From contig JAJOLK010000016.1 in assembly GCA_021173225.1 (NCBI GenBank), positions 21,034 to 85,033 on the forward strand: 64,000 bases of DNA, read 5' to 3'. The position numbers and the translations under genes are program-made. Below the pieces are notes generated by a model that was given only the letters and a program-made list of their open reading frames with translations, made no database searches and had not been told where the DNA came from. Source of the stretch: Phycisphaerales bacterium PN19_bin_20. Lineage in GTDB: Bacteria > Planctomycetota > Phycisphaerae > Phycisphaerales > UBA1924. Every line of letters starts with the position of its first letter. The first letter of the stretch is position 1. This document shows positions 47,883 to 58,360 of the stretch, piece by piece.

Positions 47883-48707
47883 CTAGTCCATCGAACGTCG
47901 CCCGCTGACGGCGTCGGCCAGCACCGCCTTGCTGACCACCTCAAGGCTCGAGCCTGTCGGCAGCCCCCGCGCCAGGCGCGAGACCTTCAGTCCCGGCGCG
48001 ACCTCGCGCAGCCGCCCCGCCAGGTAAAGCGCAGTGCCGTCACCTTCCATCGTCGGGTTCAGGCCCAAAATGACCTCGCGGACCGGCTCTGACCGCGCGT
48101 TGGCACCGGCGTCACGCACCCGGGCCACCAGGTCTTCGACTGTCAGCGCGTCAGGCCCGATCCCGTCCATCGGCGAGAGGTTGCCCAGCAATACGTGGTA
48201 CACGCCCGCGTACATGCCCGCCGCCTCCAGCGCCAGCAGGTCGCGCGGCTGCTCGACCACCAGCACCACCCCCGCGTCGCGCTTCATGCTCACGCAGATC
48301 CCGCACACATCGTGCTCAGTCAGGCTTGAGCACACGCGGCAGTTGCCAACCTGGCTCTTGACCTGCTGGATCGCCGCCGCCAGCGACTCGCCGACCTCGC
48401 GCGGGGCTTTGAGCAGATGCAGGGCCAGGCGCTCAGCGGCGCGCCGCCCGATGCCGGGCAGCCGGGCCAGATCATCGATCAGCCGTGCTACGGGGCCGGG
48501 GTAGGCCAGCGTCCGCTCGCGATCGCGCCCAGCGGCACCCGGCCCGCCAACACCGCGCCCGCCAACGGCGTTCGCCCCCACTGGCTTCGGCCCCACTGGC
48601 TTCGCGTTCACCTGCCGGCCACTAGCCCGGACGGGCGCGACGGGCCCGAGGGGGATGCTGCTTGCGCTGGGGTTGGGCCCGGGCTGAGTGGGCGACTGAT
48701 CGGGCAT
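47883..48707 (-). CDS. recR: Recombination protein RecR with an N-terminal low-complexity extension of about 75 aa
   Basis: LIDDLARLPGIGRRAAERLALHLL (HhH), CRVCSSLTEHDVCGIC (zinc finger), Toprim VVLVVEQPRDLLALE, and LNPTMEGDGTALYL. Confidence 0.88.
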   Translation of the reverse strand: MPDQSPTQPGPNPSASSIPLGPVAPVRASGRQVNAKPVGPKPVGANAVGGRGVGGPGAAGRDRERTLAYPGPVARLIDDLARLPGIGRRAAERLALHLLKAPREVGESLAAAIQQVKSQVGNCRVCSSLTEHDVCGICVSMKRDAGVVLVVEQPRDLLALEAAGMYAGVYHVLLGNLSPMDGIGPDALTVEDLVARVRDAGANARSEPVREVILGLNPTMEGDGTALYLAGRLREVAPGLKVSRLARGLPTGSSLEVVSKAVLADAVSGRRSMD

Positions 48708-48858
48708 GACGCAGTGTAGATCGGCCCGGCACGCCGCTTGCTATAGCTCGCCACACCCGACAAGCTCAAGTGCAGCCTGCTAAACGGCCGGAAGTTTCGT
48801 CCACCGCCTGCGCCAAACCCGCGCCCGCCGGGTCAACAATGACGAGCCGGGCAATTGG

Positions 48859-50166
48859 GTGGAAGAACATTTAGTCCAGTCCTCATTTGACTGGCCCGCC
48901 ATGGGGATCAACCGGCCCAACCGCCCTCAGCACGCCATGAACGTCTCTTCCGACACCCCGATGCGACTTGATCCCGGGGCCGCGCTGGCCGCGGCACTTC
49001 AGCACGCGCCGGGGCTGACGGCCCGCGCGGGCTTGCTGATCTTTCCGACTGAAACGGTCTGGGCGATTGCGACCCGCAGCGACGCCTTTGCCCTGACCCG
49101 TCTGCAGGCCGCCCGGACGTTGCTGGGTGATGCGAACACCGGGCCAGCGACCTGGCACGTCGGGAGTGTGGATGCGATTTTGCGAGTTGCCGGTGGTCCA
49201 GGCGTGCTGACGCCGATCCAGCGCCGGGCCGTGCAGCGGCTGTGCCCCGGGCCAGTCACGCTGCGCCTTGAGCTGGCCCCCGAGCACCTTGAAGGCGTGC
49301 TGAGCAGCGCGGGCCTCGAGCCCGGGCTGGCCAACGAGGGCGCGACGCTGAACATCAGGGCTGTGGCCCACGCCGGGGCCGGCGCGCTGCTGCTGGGGCT
49401 TGGCGGGCTGGTGGCGATCGGGACCGGCGACGGCCCGCGCGCGTTCCGGACAATGATCGCCGCGCGGCATCAGCTTGGCCATGGCCCCATCGAGCTCTTC
49501 GAGGCCGACGCGCTGCCCAGCGGGCGGTTCTCAACAGTGGTACGTCTACCGCGCCGGGGCGGGTTCTTTATTGATCGCGTCGGGGCCGTGAGTGCTCAGC
49601 AGGTTGAGAGCCGCGTGTGCTTGCGGGTGCTGATGGTCTGCACGGGCAACACGTGCCGAAGCCCAATGGCCGAGGCAATCGCGCGAGCGCAGGTTGAGCA
49701 TCTGGCCCCTGGCAGCGTACCTGTGCGGATCAGCAGCGCGGGCATACACACCGCCGGGGGCGAGCCGATGAGCGGGCAGGCCGTCGCCGCACTGGCTGAG
49801 CTGGGCGTGCCTCTAGCGCCGCGTGGTGGTGTCGGTGCCCGCGCTGGGCTCTCGCACCCGCTGACGCCCGAGGCGCTTGATGGCTCGCAGGTCATCTTCG
49901 CGATGACCAGCGAGCATCTAAGGCAGATCGAGCGGCTAGACCCCGCCGCCGCCGCCCGCGCAACCCTGCTGGACCCGAGCGGTGATGACGTGCCCGACCC
50001 GTTCGGCAGCGAAGTGGCGTCGTACGTGCGCACGGCCCGTGCCATCAGCAGCATGATCGCGGCCCGCCTTACTCAGCTTACCGCCGGCGAGCTGGGCAGC
50101 GCCGGGATCCCGGCCCGCAACGACGGGTACTTCCAGGGCGCGATCGCCAACGGAGCCAACGGATGA
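48859..50166 (+). CDS. Fusion protein: YrdC/Sua5-like (TsaC family) domain plus a low-molecular-weight protein tyrosine/arginine phosphatase domain
   Basis: The N-terminal half has LIFPTETVWAIATR and LCPGPVTLRL (YrdC-fold motifs). The C-terminal half has VLMVCTGNTCRSPMAEAI (CX5R(S/T) P-loop) and DVPDPFG. The start is uncertain (GTG 48859, ATG 48901 or 48937). Confidence 0.8.
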   Translation: MEEHLVQSSFDWPAMGINRPNRPQHAMNVSSDTPMRLDPGAALAAALQHAPGLTARAGLLIFPTETVWAIATRSDAFALTRLQAARTLLGDANTGPATWHVGSVDAILRVAGGPGVLTPIQRRAVQRLCPGPVTLRLELAPEHLEGVLSSAGLEPGLANEGATLNIRAVAHAGAGALLLGLGGLVAIGTGDGPRAFRTMIAARHQLGHGPIELFEADALPSGRFSTVVRLPRRGGFFIDRVGAVSAQQVESRVCLRVLMVCTGNTCRSPMAEAIARAQVEHLAPGSVPVRISSAGIHTAGGEPMSGQAVAALAELGVPLAPRGGVGARAGLSHPLTPEALDGSQVIFAMTSEHLRQIERLDPAAAARATLLDPSGDDVPDPFGSEVASYVRTARAISSMIAARLTQLTAGELGSAGIPARNDGYFQGAIANGANG

Positions 50167-50624
50167 AACTCGGGATTGGCGCTGACCATCGCGGCGCACA
50201 CTCGGCCAAGGCCCTGCTGGATCGCCTGCTGAGCACGGGCCATGACGTCCGCGCGTTCTCCACGCTCACGGGTGACACGTGCGACTACCCGATCCCGGCC
50301 TTCACCCTGGGCACCGCGATTGCCGCCGGTACCGTCGAGCGCGGCGTGCTGATCTGCGGTACCGGCATCGGGATGTGCATGGCCGCCAACAAGGTCAAGG
50401 GCGTTCGCGCCGCGCTGGCCCACGACGAGTTGACGGCCGAGATCTCACGCACCCATAACGACGCCAACGTGCTGTGCCTCTCGGCCGATTTGCTGGGCCA
50501 GCGCCTGATCGAGAAGATCGTTGACACCTGGCTGGTCACGCCGTTCCAGGGTGGGCGGCACGCGCGCCGGCTCGAAGAGATCCTGCTTATCGAGCAGGGC
50601 AAAGACCCGGCCGCCAAGCTCTAG
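50163..50624 (+). CDS. rpiB: Ribose-5-phosphate isomerase B
   Basis: MKLGIGADHRG, ERGVLICGTGIGMCMAANKVKGVRAA, SRTHNDANVLCL, GGRHARR. ATGA overlap with the upstream gene. Confidence 0.9.
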   Translation: MKLGIGADHRGAHSAKALLDRLLSTGHDVRAFSTLTGDTCDYPIPAFTLGTAIAAGTVERGVLICGTGIGMCMAANKVKGVRAALAHDELTAEISRTHNDANVLCLSADLLGQRLIEKIVDTWLVTPFQGGRHARRLEEILLIEQGKDPAAKL

Positions 50625-50717
50625 GTTCGAACGACCACCGCTGAGCAAGGGGAAACTGCGCGAGGGCCCAACGCCCGCTTGAACGCCATACACCAAGCGT
50701 TAGCTCACGCGTCTGCT

Positions 50718-52211
50718 TCACTCTTGCGCTAGCAGGTCAGCCAAGATCCGCACGCCCCATCCATTGGGGCCCTTGACAAACGCCCCCCCGTCGTTTTCTG
50801 CAACGTGCACGCCCGCGATGTCAAGGTGGCACCACGGCACGCCGTCCTTGACAAAGTAGCTCAGGAACGCCGCGCCCTGCCCGGCGTGGGCCTTGCGGTT
50901 GGGGTTGCTGTTGAGAATGTCGGCGATGGGCGACTTCATCATGTCGCGGTACTCCTGGTGCATGGGCATGCGCCAGACGCGCTCGCCGCTGACGCCGCTG
51001 GCCTCTTCGATGCGCGCGCGGAGCTTGTCATCGTCGCAGAACATCCCGCAGTAGGTGCTGCCCAGGGCCGTGACGACCCCGCCAGTGAGCGTTGAGAGCT
51101 CGACGATGTACGCAGGGTCCTCTTTGTCGCAGGCCCAGCAGTACCCGTCAGCAAGCACCAGCCGCCCCTCGGCGTCGGTGTTGGTGATCTCGACAGTCAC
51201 CCCGTTGCGGAACGTCAGCACGTCGTCGGGGCGATAGGCCTCGTCGCTGATGCTATTTTCGGCGCTGCACAGCAGCGCTACCACCGGGCGGTCGGGCTTG
51301 ATCAGCGTCGCGATCGCGTGCATCGCGCCAAGCACGGCACACCCGCCGTCCTTGTCACGCTTCATCCCGACCATCCCGTTATTGACCTTCAAGCTCAGCC
51401 CGCCGGTGTCGTACGTCACGGTCTTACCGATGAGCACCGCGGGCTTGTCCTTCTTCTTTCCGGTCTTCTCGGGGGTGTACTTCAGACGGATGAAGTGCGC
51501 TTCGTTCTCGCTGGCCTTGCCCACGTTGATGTGCCCGACGAGCTTCTCCTTCTCCAGCTCCTTGCCGCGCAGCACGCTGAACTCAAGCCCGCACTCCTTG
51601 GCCAGCTTCTTGGCCAGCTCGGAGATGTACGCCGGGGTCGCGATGTTCGGGGGCGTCTCGCTGAGGCTGCGGGCGTAGTTCACGCTCGTCGCCAGCGCCG
51701 CCCCGTGCTGCAGGCCCTTGACCAGGCCCTTCTTGTCGCCCCAGAGCGTCAGCGCGGGCCGCTCTTTCTTGTCCGTCGCCTTGCCCTTAAACACCGTGTT
51801 GTCCCAGGCCAACAGCCCGGCGGCCTCGCCGCACGCACGCCCGGCCTGCTCAAGGCTCGCCTCCGCAAAGTCCAGCGCGGGGCTCAAGGCCAGCAGCACC
51901 TGCGTCTGCTTGGTGGTGCCAAGCCGACGGACGACGGCCGCGAACGACGACCGCAGACCCTCGGGCTTGAACTTGTCACGCTTGCCAAGGCCCAGCACGA
52001 TCACGCGCTGCGGCTGGCCCTCGCCAACCGGGAAGGCCTCGGCGATCTTGCCCGCTTCGCCCGTTGCCTCGCCGCGCTTCGCCGCCGCGAGCGCCGCATC
52101 GGCCCACGCCGCACGCTTGGGCAGCGTCGCCAACAGGTCCTCATTCTGGAAGTGGCCGACGACAACAACCTCGGGCAATGCGACCTCGGCGACCGTGACA
52201 GACTTGATCAT
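50718..52211 (-). CDS. pepA: Leucyl aminopeptidase (M17)
   Basis: GKTVTYDTGGLSLK, GMKRDKDGGCAVLG, NTDAEGRLVLADG. ATG chosen at 52211. Confidence 0.9.
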   Translation of the reverse strand: MIKSVTVAEVALPEVVVVGHFQNEDLLATLPKRAAWADAALAAAKRGEATGEAGKIAEAFPVGEGQPQRVIVLGLGKRDKFKPEGLRSSFAAVVRRLGTTKQTQVLLALSPALDFAEASLEQAGRACGEAAGLLAWDNTVFKGKATDKKERPALTLWGDKKGLVKGLQHGAALATSVNYARSLSETPPNIATPAYISELAKKLAKECGLEFSVLRGKELEKEKLVGHINVGKASENEAHFIRLKYTPEKTGKKKDKPAVLIGKTVTYDTGGLSLKVNNGMVGMKRDKDGGCAVLGAMHAIATLIKPDRPVVALLCSAENSISDEAYRPDDVLTFRNGVTVEITNTDAEGRLVLADGYCWACDKEDPAYIVELSTLTGGVVTALGSTYCGMFCDDDKLRARIEEASGVSGERVWRMPMHQEYRDMMKSPIADILNSNPNRKAHAGQGAAFLSYFVKDGVPWCHLDIAGVHVAENDGGAFVKGPNGWGVRILADLLAQE

Positions 52212-52445
52212 GCCAGACTCCAGTTGCTGATCCGGACCAGTGAGAGACCCAGCCGAGCGGAAGCACAAATGTATCGCCCCCCACTATCCGCGGCACTGGC
52301 CCCACTTTGGGCCGCGCCTCGTGAGCGCACATGGTGGGCACAGCCTGGCGGGCACAGCTGAGAGCTACAACCGGGGCCAGCTTCGGCTATCCTGAACCAG
52401 GATCCGTCACCGACGACGCGCAGCAGGCCGCATGGAGGTGGCCCG

Positions 52446-53546
52446 ATGAAGCTCCTAAACCGCACATCTCGGCGCCCCTCTTGGCGTACGTTTTGGCGTT
52501 CAACGCTGTTGGCTGGCGCCTTGGGCGTGGTCACCCCGGCTATGTTCGGCACGCTGGGCGCGTGTGCGGGGGCAGCTTCCGCTGCAAAGCCCGCCGCCAG
52601 CACGGCCAGCACTGATTTGAGCATCAAGCCCGGCCCGTACGACCAGGCCGCCAGCGAGCTGCAAACCCTTCTTGCTAGCCAAGGCGCTGTGCAAAGCACA
52701 GACGCCGCAAGCACACCAAAGGCCCCGGTGCTGGCATCACGCACACCCGCGCCTAAGTCCAAGGCGATCGCCCAAACTAAGCCCGAGTCCAGGCCCGAGC
52801 CCAAGCCCGAGTCCAAAGCTCGCCCGCCGCGCGTCTACGAGGCCCCGCCGTCGCCCGCAGCGCCACTCTCACTTCTGGCAGATCCACTCTCATCAGACCC
52901 ACTCCGGGCAGAGCTTGACGCGGACGCCGCGCCCGTCATGACGACGGCCAGCGCCACTGCGACGACGGCTGAAAACGAAGTTGCACCCGCGCCAATTGCC
53001 GCACAAGCACCCGTGTCCACGCAGCACACGGCAAACACGCCTCAACTCGCCGCCGCCGCTGCGCCCGCCATGGCTCTCGCAAGCGAGCAGACCGGGCTGC
53101 ACATCAGCGCCCTGCACGCCTGCACGCGCATCGAGGGCTTCGGGCGCTTCACCCGCGCCGACGTCTCGCGCCTCATCGCCGGCCGCGCCACGCCGCTGCT
53201 GATCTACGTCGAGCTTGACGGCTTCGCGCACCGGACCGCCGCCGGCCTCGCGCCCCCGCCGGGTGCCGCGGGCCTCCCTGACGACGGCAGCACGCAGTGG
53301 ATCGTCGAGGTCGGCCAAGAGCTGGCGGTCTTTAGTGCCGCCGGGCGGCTGCAGTTCAAGGTCCCAGAGCAGATCGCCCGAGACGAGGCCAAGCGCCGCC
53401 GCCGCGACCATTACCTGGTTCAGCGCGTCACCATTCCCGCATCGCTTCCGCCGGGCGGGTACTCGATGGTCGTGACCGCCCGTGACATCGCCACCGACGC
53501 GACCGACCAGGCTCGCCTGTCGTTCACGATCATCCCAGCGCGCTGA
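52446..53546 (+). CDS. Hypothetical secreted protein
   Basis: N-terminal basic stretch plus a hydrophobic signal (RRPSWRTFWRSTLLAGALGVV...GACAGAASA). A Pro/Ala/Ser/Lys-rich linker is followed by a C-terminal domain of about 150 aa. No family recognised. Confidence 0.6.
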   Translation: MKLLNRTSRRPSWRTFWRSTLLAGALGVVTPAMFGTLGACAGAASAAKPAASTASTDLSIKPGPYDQAASELQTLLASQGAVQSTDAASTPKAPVLASRTPAPKSKAIAQTKPESRPEPKPESKARPPRVYEAPPSPAAPLSLLADPLSSDPLRAELDADAAPVMTTASATATTAENEVAPAPIAAQAPVSTQHTANTPQLAAAAAPAMALASEQTGLHISALHACTRIEGFGRFTRADVSRLIAGRATPLLIYVELDGFAHRTAAGLAPPPGAAGLPDDGSTQWIVEVGQELAVFSAAGRLQFKVPEQIARDEAKRRRRDHYLVQRVTIPASLPPGGYSMVVTARDIATDATDQARLSFTIIPAR

Positions 53547-54190
53547 TCGCCGCGCGGCACCCTCACAATTCCTCACTCCCACTCTCACCCCCTTCGCCGG
53601 CCAACTGCCGATGTGGCAGCAAGGGCCCTTGGCGTCACTGCCAACTCTGGGTTCCAACCTTCGGCCGCCAGCGCCGATGACCAAAGTGACTGGCAGGACA
53701 GTTCCCCGCTCGGACCACCCTAAGGCCTTGCGGCGGGCTTTCGTCCGGCCCCCCGCGCGTTCGCTGCGCACTGCTCAAGTTTGCGCCTTGTCTCCAAATG
53801 GACGGCTGAATCCCCGCTCAACCGCCCACGAACACACAAAAGCCCCGAGATATGGGCCTGTTCGCCGGGGCAAGGGGTTCTGCTAAGGGCCGCGAGGCCC
53901 GCACCAACGCCGATCTGCACCACTACCAAGCACTCATCCGGACAAGGAAATCGCGCCGCGACGACAAACCACACGTCCGGCACGCCGATTGAAGATTGAG
54001 CGGCACAACCACGCACCGGCGACGAACTGGTGGGGTTGGCGATCCCGGCACGGCTCTGGTGCGAACAAGAGTTGTGCAGGACCATCGCAGGTCGGCGGGC
54101 GAACCATACCACCCTTCGGTTCACACGCCGGGCTTGGGCAACAGTTGGACCGGTCGTCGGCGCAAGCCGGGGGCAGGTCAGGAGACACGC

Positions 54191-56902
54191 ATGTTCGAAC
54201 GCTTTACCGACCGTGCCCGCAAAGTGATGGCCCTGGCCAACCAGGAGGCTCAGCGCTTCAACCACGAGTACATCGGGACCGAGCACATCCTGCTCGGCCT
54301 GGTCAAAGAGGGCTCGGGGGTTGGTGCCAACGTGCTCAAGAACCTGGACGTTGACCTGCGCAAGGTCCGTCTGGAGGTTGAGCGTCTGGTCAAGGCGGGG
54401 CCTGAGATGGTGACGATGGGCCGCCTGCCGCAGACGCCGCGGGCCAAGAAGGTCATCGAGTACGCCATCGAAGAGGCTCGGAACCTCAACCACAACTACG
54501 TGGGCACCGAGCACCTGCTGCTGGGCCTGCTGCGAGAGCACGACGGGGTTGCGGCGCAGGTGCTGATGAACCTTGGGCTCAAGCTCGAGCAGGTTCGCGA
54601 AGAGGTGCTAAACCTTCTTGGCGCTGGCAGCCAGAGCGACGACGAGACGGGCAGCAAGGAGCCGGGCTCTTCCAAGGAGCCGCCAGCTTCAAACCCGACG
54701 TCCAGCTCTTCGAGCTCGTCTTCTGGCGAGCCCGGCGCGGCGCGCGGCAAGAGCAAGACGCCCGCGCTCGACAGCTTCGGGCGTGACTTGACCGAGCTGG
54801 CCCGTGAGGGCAGCCTTGACCCGGTAATCGGGCGTGCCAACGAGATCGAGCGGCTGGTGCAGATCCTTTGCCGGCGCACCAAGAACAACCCGGTGCTCCT
54901 GGGCGAGGCGGGCGTGGGCAAGACCGCGATCGTCGAGGGCCTTGCGCAGAAGATCATCAGCGGCGACGTGCCTGACATTTTGAGCGACCGCCGCCTTGTG
55001 GTGCTGGACCTGGCGATGATGGTCGCGGGCACCAAGTACCGCGGTCAGTTTGAGGAGCGCATCAAGGCGGTGATGAACGAGGTTCGTCGCGCCAAGAACG
55101 TGATGCTGTTCATCGACGAGCTGCACACGCTGGTTGGCGCGGGCGGTGCCGAGGGCGCCATCGACGCCTCGAACGTGCTCAAGCCCGCGCTGGCGCGTGG
55201 CGAGATCCAGTGCATCGGCGCCACCACCTTTGACGAGTACCGCAAGTACATCGAGAAGGACAACGCGTTGGCGCGCCGGTTCCAGCCCATCGCGGTCGAT
55301 CCGCCCAACGCCGAGCAGACCGTCGAGATCCTCAAGGGCCTGCGCCCGAAGTACGAGGAGCACCACAAGGTGCGGATCACCGACGACGCGATCGTGGCGG
55401 CGGTGGACCTGTCGGGGCGGTACATCACGGGGCGCGTGCAGCCTGACAAGAGCATCGACGCCATCGACGAGGCGGGCGCGCGGATCAGGCTCAAGAGCAT
55501 GACCAAGCCGCCAAACCTGGCGGACATCGAGGGCGAGATCGAGAAGCTGACGCTCGAGAAGGACGACGCGGTACGCTCGGCCGACTACGAGAAGGCCGCC
55601 GAGCTGCGCGACAAGGCCGAGCAGATGCGCAAGCGCAAGGAGCAGCTGCAGCGTGAGTGGCGCGAGAAGGCCAACGCTACCGCGGGCGTGGTCGACGAGG
55701 AAGTGATTGCCGAGGTCATCAGCAAGATGACCGGCGTCCCGCTCAAGCGCCTCAAGAAGGAAGAGGCGCAGCGCCTGATGGAACTGGAGAACGAGCTGCA
55801 CAAGAAGGTCATCAGCCAGGACGACGCGATCAAGGCCATCAGCAAGGCCGTGCGCCGCAGCCGCGCTGGCCTGAAGGACCCGCGCCGCCCGATGGGCAGC
55901 TTCATCTTCTGCGGGCCCAGCGGCGTGGGCAAGACGCTGGCGGCCAAGGCGCTGGCGGAGTTCATGTTCGGCGACGAGGACGCGCTGATCACGCTGGACA
56001 TGAGCGAGTACATGGAGAAGCACAACGTCTCACGCCTGGTGGGCGCACCCCCCGGCTACGTGGGCTACGAGGAGGGCGGGCAGCTGACCGAGCGGGTCCG
56101 CCGGCGTCCGTACAGCGTGATCCTGCTCGACGAGGTCGAGAAGGCCCACCCTGACGTGTTCAACATGCTCCTGCAGATCATGGAGGAGGGGCGCCTGACC
56201 GACAGCTTCGGGCGCAACATCGACTTCCGCAACACCGTGCTGATCATGACCAGCAACATCGGGGCAGACCTGATCAAGGGCGGCGGGGGCTTCGGCTTCC
56301 AGCGCCGCAGCGACAACTCCAACTTCGACAACATCAAGACCGTGCTGATGAAGGAGATCGAGCGGTTCTTCCGCCCCGAGTTCATCAACCGTCTTGACGA
56401 CGTAGTGGTCTTCCGCCCGTTGACCAAGGAGAATCTGGTCAACATCGTTGAACTCGAGGCCGCCAAGGTCACCGGCCGGGTCGCGCAGCAGGGCGTCAAG
56501 CTTGAGCTGGACCAGAAGGCCAAGGACTTCCTGATCGACAAGGGCTACAACCCCGACTTCGGCGCACGCCCGCTGCGCAGGGCCGTGGGGCAGTTCCTTG
56601 AGGATCCGCTCAGCGAGATGGTGCTGATGGGCACGATGCGCCCGGGGCAGACCGTCAACGTGACTCGCAAGACCGACGCCGAGGGCAAGGACGAGGATCA
56701 CCTCTACTTTGACGTCTCGGGCGACGCTCGCCCGGAGCCGGTCCGGGCCAGCGACATGCCGGTACCGGACTTGACTACCCCCGCGACCGAGACAACCGCC
56801 TCGATCCCCCCGACCTCCACGACCCCAACGGCGGGAAGCGGCTCGGGCACTTCGGGCCCGGGTTCACCGGCCACCTCTGCCGGCAGCGCGCCAAGCACCT
56901 AA
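54191..56902 (+). CDS. clpC: ATP-dependent Clp protease ATP-binding subunit ClpC
   Basis: [37 protein letters not shown], two Walker A sites ([28 protein letters not shown]) and a UVR-like coiled coil. ATG 54191 is preceded by AGGAGA. A Ser-rich linker and a Pro/Thr/Ser-rich C-tail are present. Confidence 0.93.
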   Translation: MFERFTDRARKVMALANQEAQRFNHEYIGTEHILLGLVKEGSGVGANVLKNLDVDLRKVRLEVERLVKAGPEMVTMGRLPQTPRAKKVIEYAIEEARNLNHNYVGTEHLLLGLLREHDGVAAQVLMNLGLKLEQVREEVLNLLGAGSQSDDETGSKEPGSSKEPPASNPTSSSSSSSSGEPGAARGKSKTPALDSFGRDLTELAREGSLDPVIGRANEIERLVQILCRRTKNNPVLLGEAGVGKTAIVEGLAQKIISGDVPDILSDRRLVVLDLAMMVAGTKYRGQFEERIKAVMNEVRRAKNVMLFIDELHTLVGAGGAEGAIDASNVLKPALARGEIQCIGATTFDEYRKYIEKDNALARRFQPIAVDPPNAEQTVEILKGLRPKYEEHHKVRITDDAIVAAVDLSGRYITGRVQPDKSIDAIDEAGARIRLKSMTKPPNLADIEGEIEKLTLEKDDAVRSADYEKAAELRDKAEQMRKRKEQLQREWREKANATAGVVDEEVIAEVISKMTGVPLKRLKKEEAQRLMELENELHKKVISQDDAIKAISKAVRRSRAGLKDPRRPMGSFIFCGPSGVGKTLAAKALAEFMFGDEDALITLDMSEYMEKHNVSRLVGAPPGYVGYEEGGQLTERVRRRPYSVILLDEVEKAHPDVFNMLLQIMEEGRLTDSFGRNIDFRNTVLIMTSNIGADLIKGGGGFGFQRRSDNSNFDNIKTVLMKEIERFFRPEFINRLDDVVVFRPLTKENLVNIVELEAAKVTGRVAQQGVKLELDQKAKDFLIDKGYNPDFGARPLRRAVGQFLEDPLSEMVLMGTMRPGQTVNVTRKTDAEGKDEDHLYFDVSGDARPEPVRASDMPVPDLTTPATETTASIPPTSTTPTAGSGSGTSGPGSPATSAGSAPST

Positions 56903-56933
56903 GCCCTGCCGGGAGAAGTCCTTCCAATAACAA

Positions 56934-56961
56934 AGCCCCCGCAGCCCGGCCTGTGGGGGCT
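56934..56961. terminator. Bidirectional hairpin terminator between convergent clpC and the 57027-58151 gene
   Basis: AGCCCCCGCAG-CCCGGC-CTGTGGGGGCT. It is flanked by an A-rich run upstream and TGTAATT downstream. Confidence 0.6.
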
Positions 56962-57026
56962 TGTAATTGGTCGTCAAGGTGACGCTTGAGGTCTGCGCGG
57001 GCACGCGCGGCGCAAGCAGCACTAGC

Positions 57027-58151
57027 TCAGCAGCCCGCCGTGAAGCGCCCGATGAACAGGATGATGTCGTCGGCGGTGAACTCACCCTCGCCGCCTACGA
57101 CCCCGCCCGGGCCGGCAATGTCGGCACGCGCGTCGCGCGCAATGAACCAGCCGATGAAGAGGATGATGTCGTCGGCGGTCAGCTCGCCGTCGGGCAGCGG
57201 CAGGCCGCCGGGGCCGGCGATGTCTGACAGAGTGCAACTCGAGCGGCTCTGGTGCTGCAGGTAGGTTTCCGCAGCGAAGCTCAAGCCTACCGGAAGCACG
57301 ATGGTCCACTGGTACCCGTAGCTGAGGTCATCGACGGTGGTCGTGACGGGCGGGAAGTTGTTCAGCAGGTTCTCAGCGATGTTGTTGGTCATCGTGTCCT
57401 GAATGGTGGTGTTGAAACCAGGGATGGCCGAGGCGCGGACGGCGAAGCGGTCGGCGTTGCCGCGGGCCGCGAAGACGCTGGGGTTCGGCACCCCGTTCTG
57501 CCTGAAGAGCAGGCCGGTGGGGATGACGCTGAAGCGGTCGTCGCCGAAGTTGGGCTGGCAGTCCAGGTCGCCCATCCAGTAGAGGTTCAAGGTGATGTCC
57601 ACCGTGCCGATGTTGCTGACGATGTTGCGGATGACCGTCGCGGGGCCCAGGGCGGTGGTCAGGATCTCGAAGCGCTGATCGCTGCGGAACTTGTACCCGC
57701 CAGCGACGTTGCGCTGGACCTCATAGACGTACGCGCAGTTGGCCGTCGTGCCCAGGTTGGTCCCGACGCTGCCCGTGCGCGTGCAGGTGATGCCCGCGGC
57801 AGTGGAGGTTGCGGCGTTAATGAACGCGAACTCACGGTTTTCGCCCTGAACCCGGAAGAACCAGCCCAGCTGCCACGCGACGTCGCCGACGCTGGCCGGA
57901 TCGCCCGGCGATGCGACGAGCTTGGGGCTGAAGGAGTAGTTTGTCCGCAGCGCGCCGCCCGCAGTCAAGGAGCCGACGCCAGCGGGAGTAATGGTCCCTG
58001 CGGGGGGCGTGTAGCGGAACGTCCCGTTGTTGGCCAGCAGGCCACCGGGGGTGATGAAATACGTCTGGGCCGAGGCGGTGCCGGCAGCCAGAACAAGTGC
58101 GGACAGGCCAAAGGCGATCGGGGCGGTGCGGGCGGATGAAGCAGTGCGCAT
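57027..58151 (-). CDS. Secreted protein of unknown function with a GC-type twin dockerin-like C-terminus
   Basis: Signal peptide MRTASSARTAPIAFGLSALVLAAGTASAQ. C-terminus CTLSDIAGPGGLPLPDGELTADDIILFIGWF...ADIAGPGGVVGGEGEFTADDIILFIGRFTAGC. Confidence 0.85.
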   Translation of the reverse strand: MRTASSARTAPIAFGLSALVLAAGTASAQTYFITPGGLLANNGTFRYTPPAGTITPAGVGSLTAGGALRTNYSFSPKLVASPGDPASVGDVAWQLGWFFRVQGENREFAFINAATSTAAGITCTRTGSVGTNLGTTANCAYVYEVQRNVAGGYKFRSDQRFEILTTALGPATVIRNIVSNIGTVDITLNLYWMGDLDCQPNFGDDRFSVIPTGLLFRQNGVPNPSVFAARGNADRFAVRASAIPGFNTTIQDTMTNNIAENLLNNFPPVTTTVDDLSYGYQWTIVLPVGLSFAAETYLQHQSRSSCTLSDIAGPGGLPLPDGELTADDIILFIGWFIARDARADIAGPGGVVGGEGEFTADDIILFIGRFTAGC

Positions 58152-58360
58152 GATGGGCTCCTTCAGGGTATTACCCCCCCGACCTCGATTCGAAGGCTTC
58201 GAGCCAGCGTTCGATTGGGCCGGGCGTGGGTGTGTGCAATAGTGGTGTACCTGACCCTTAGGGGTTTGGCAAATGAAACCGGGTGTAAAGTCCGTATATC
58301 CATTGGTTTAGATGACCAAACAACTTGCAAACATCGGCGTTTCGGGTTAAGCTTTCGGTC

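Noticed and set aside
54689-56023. 444-aa ORF antisense to clpC, and 53720-54541 / 53996 upstream extensions
   Set aside because: clpC is certain from its motifs, and the antisense product is a low-complexity Arg/Leu/Ala sequence. The 53996 start adds 65 non-conserved residues before the canonical [12 protein letters not shown]-terminus, which has its own RBS.
58240-58330. Sigma-70-like or RNase P-like motifs (TTGGCA..., GTAAAGTCCG) in the AT-richer tmk upstream region
   Set aside because: The hexamer spacing does not fit a -35/-10 pair. The AAAGTCC match is too short and lacks the surrounding conserved RNase P RNA helices.
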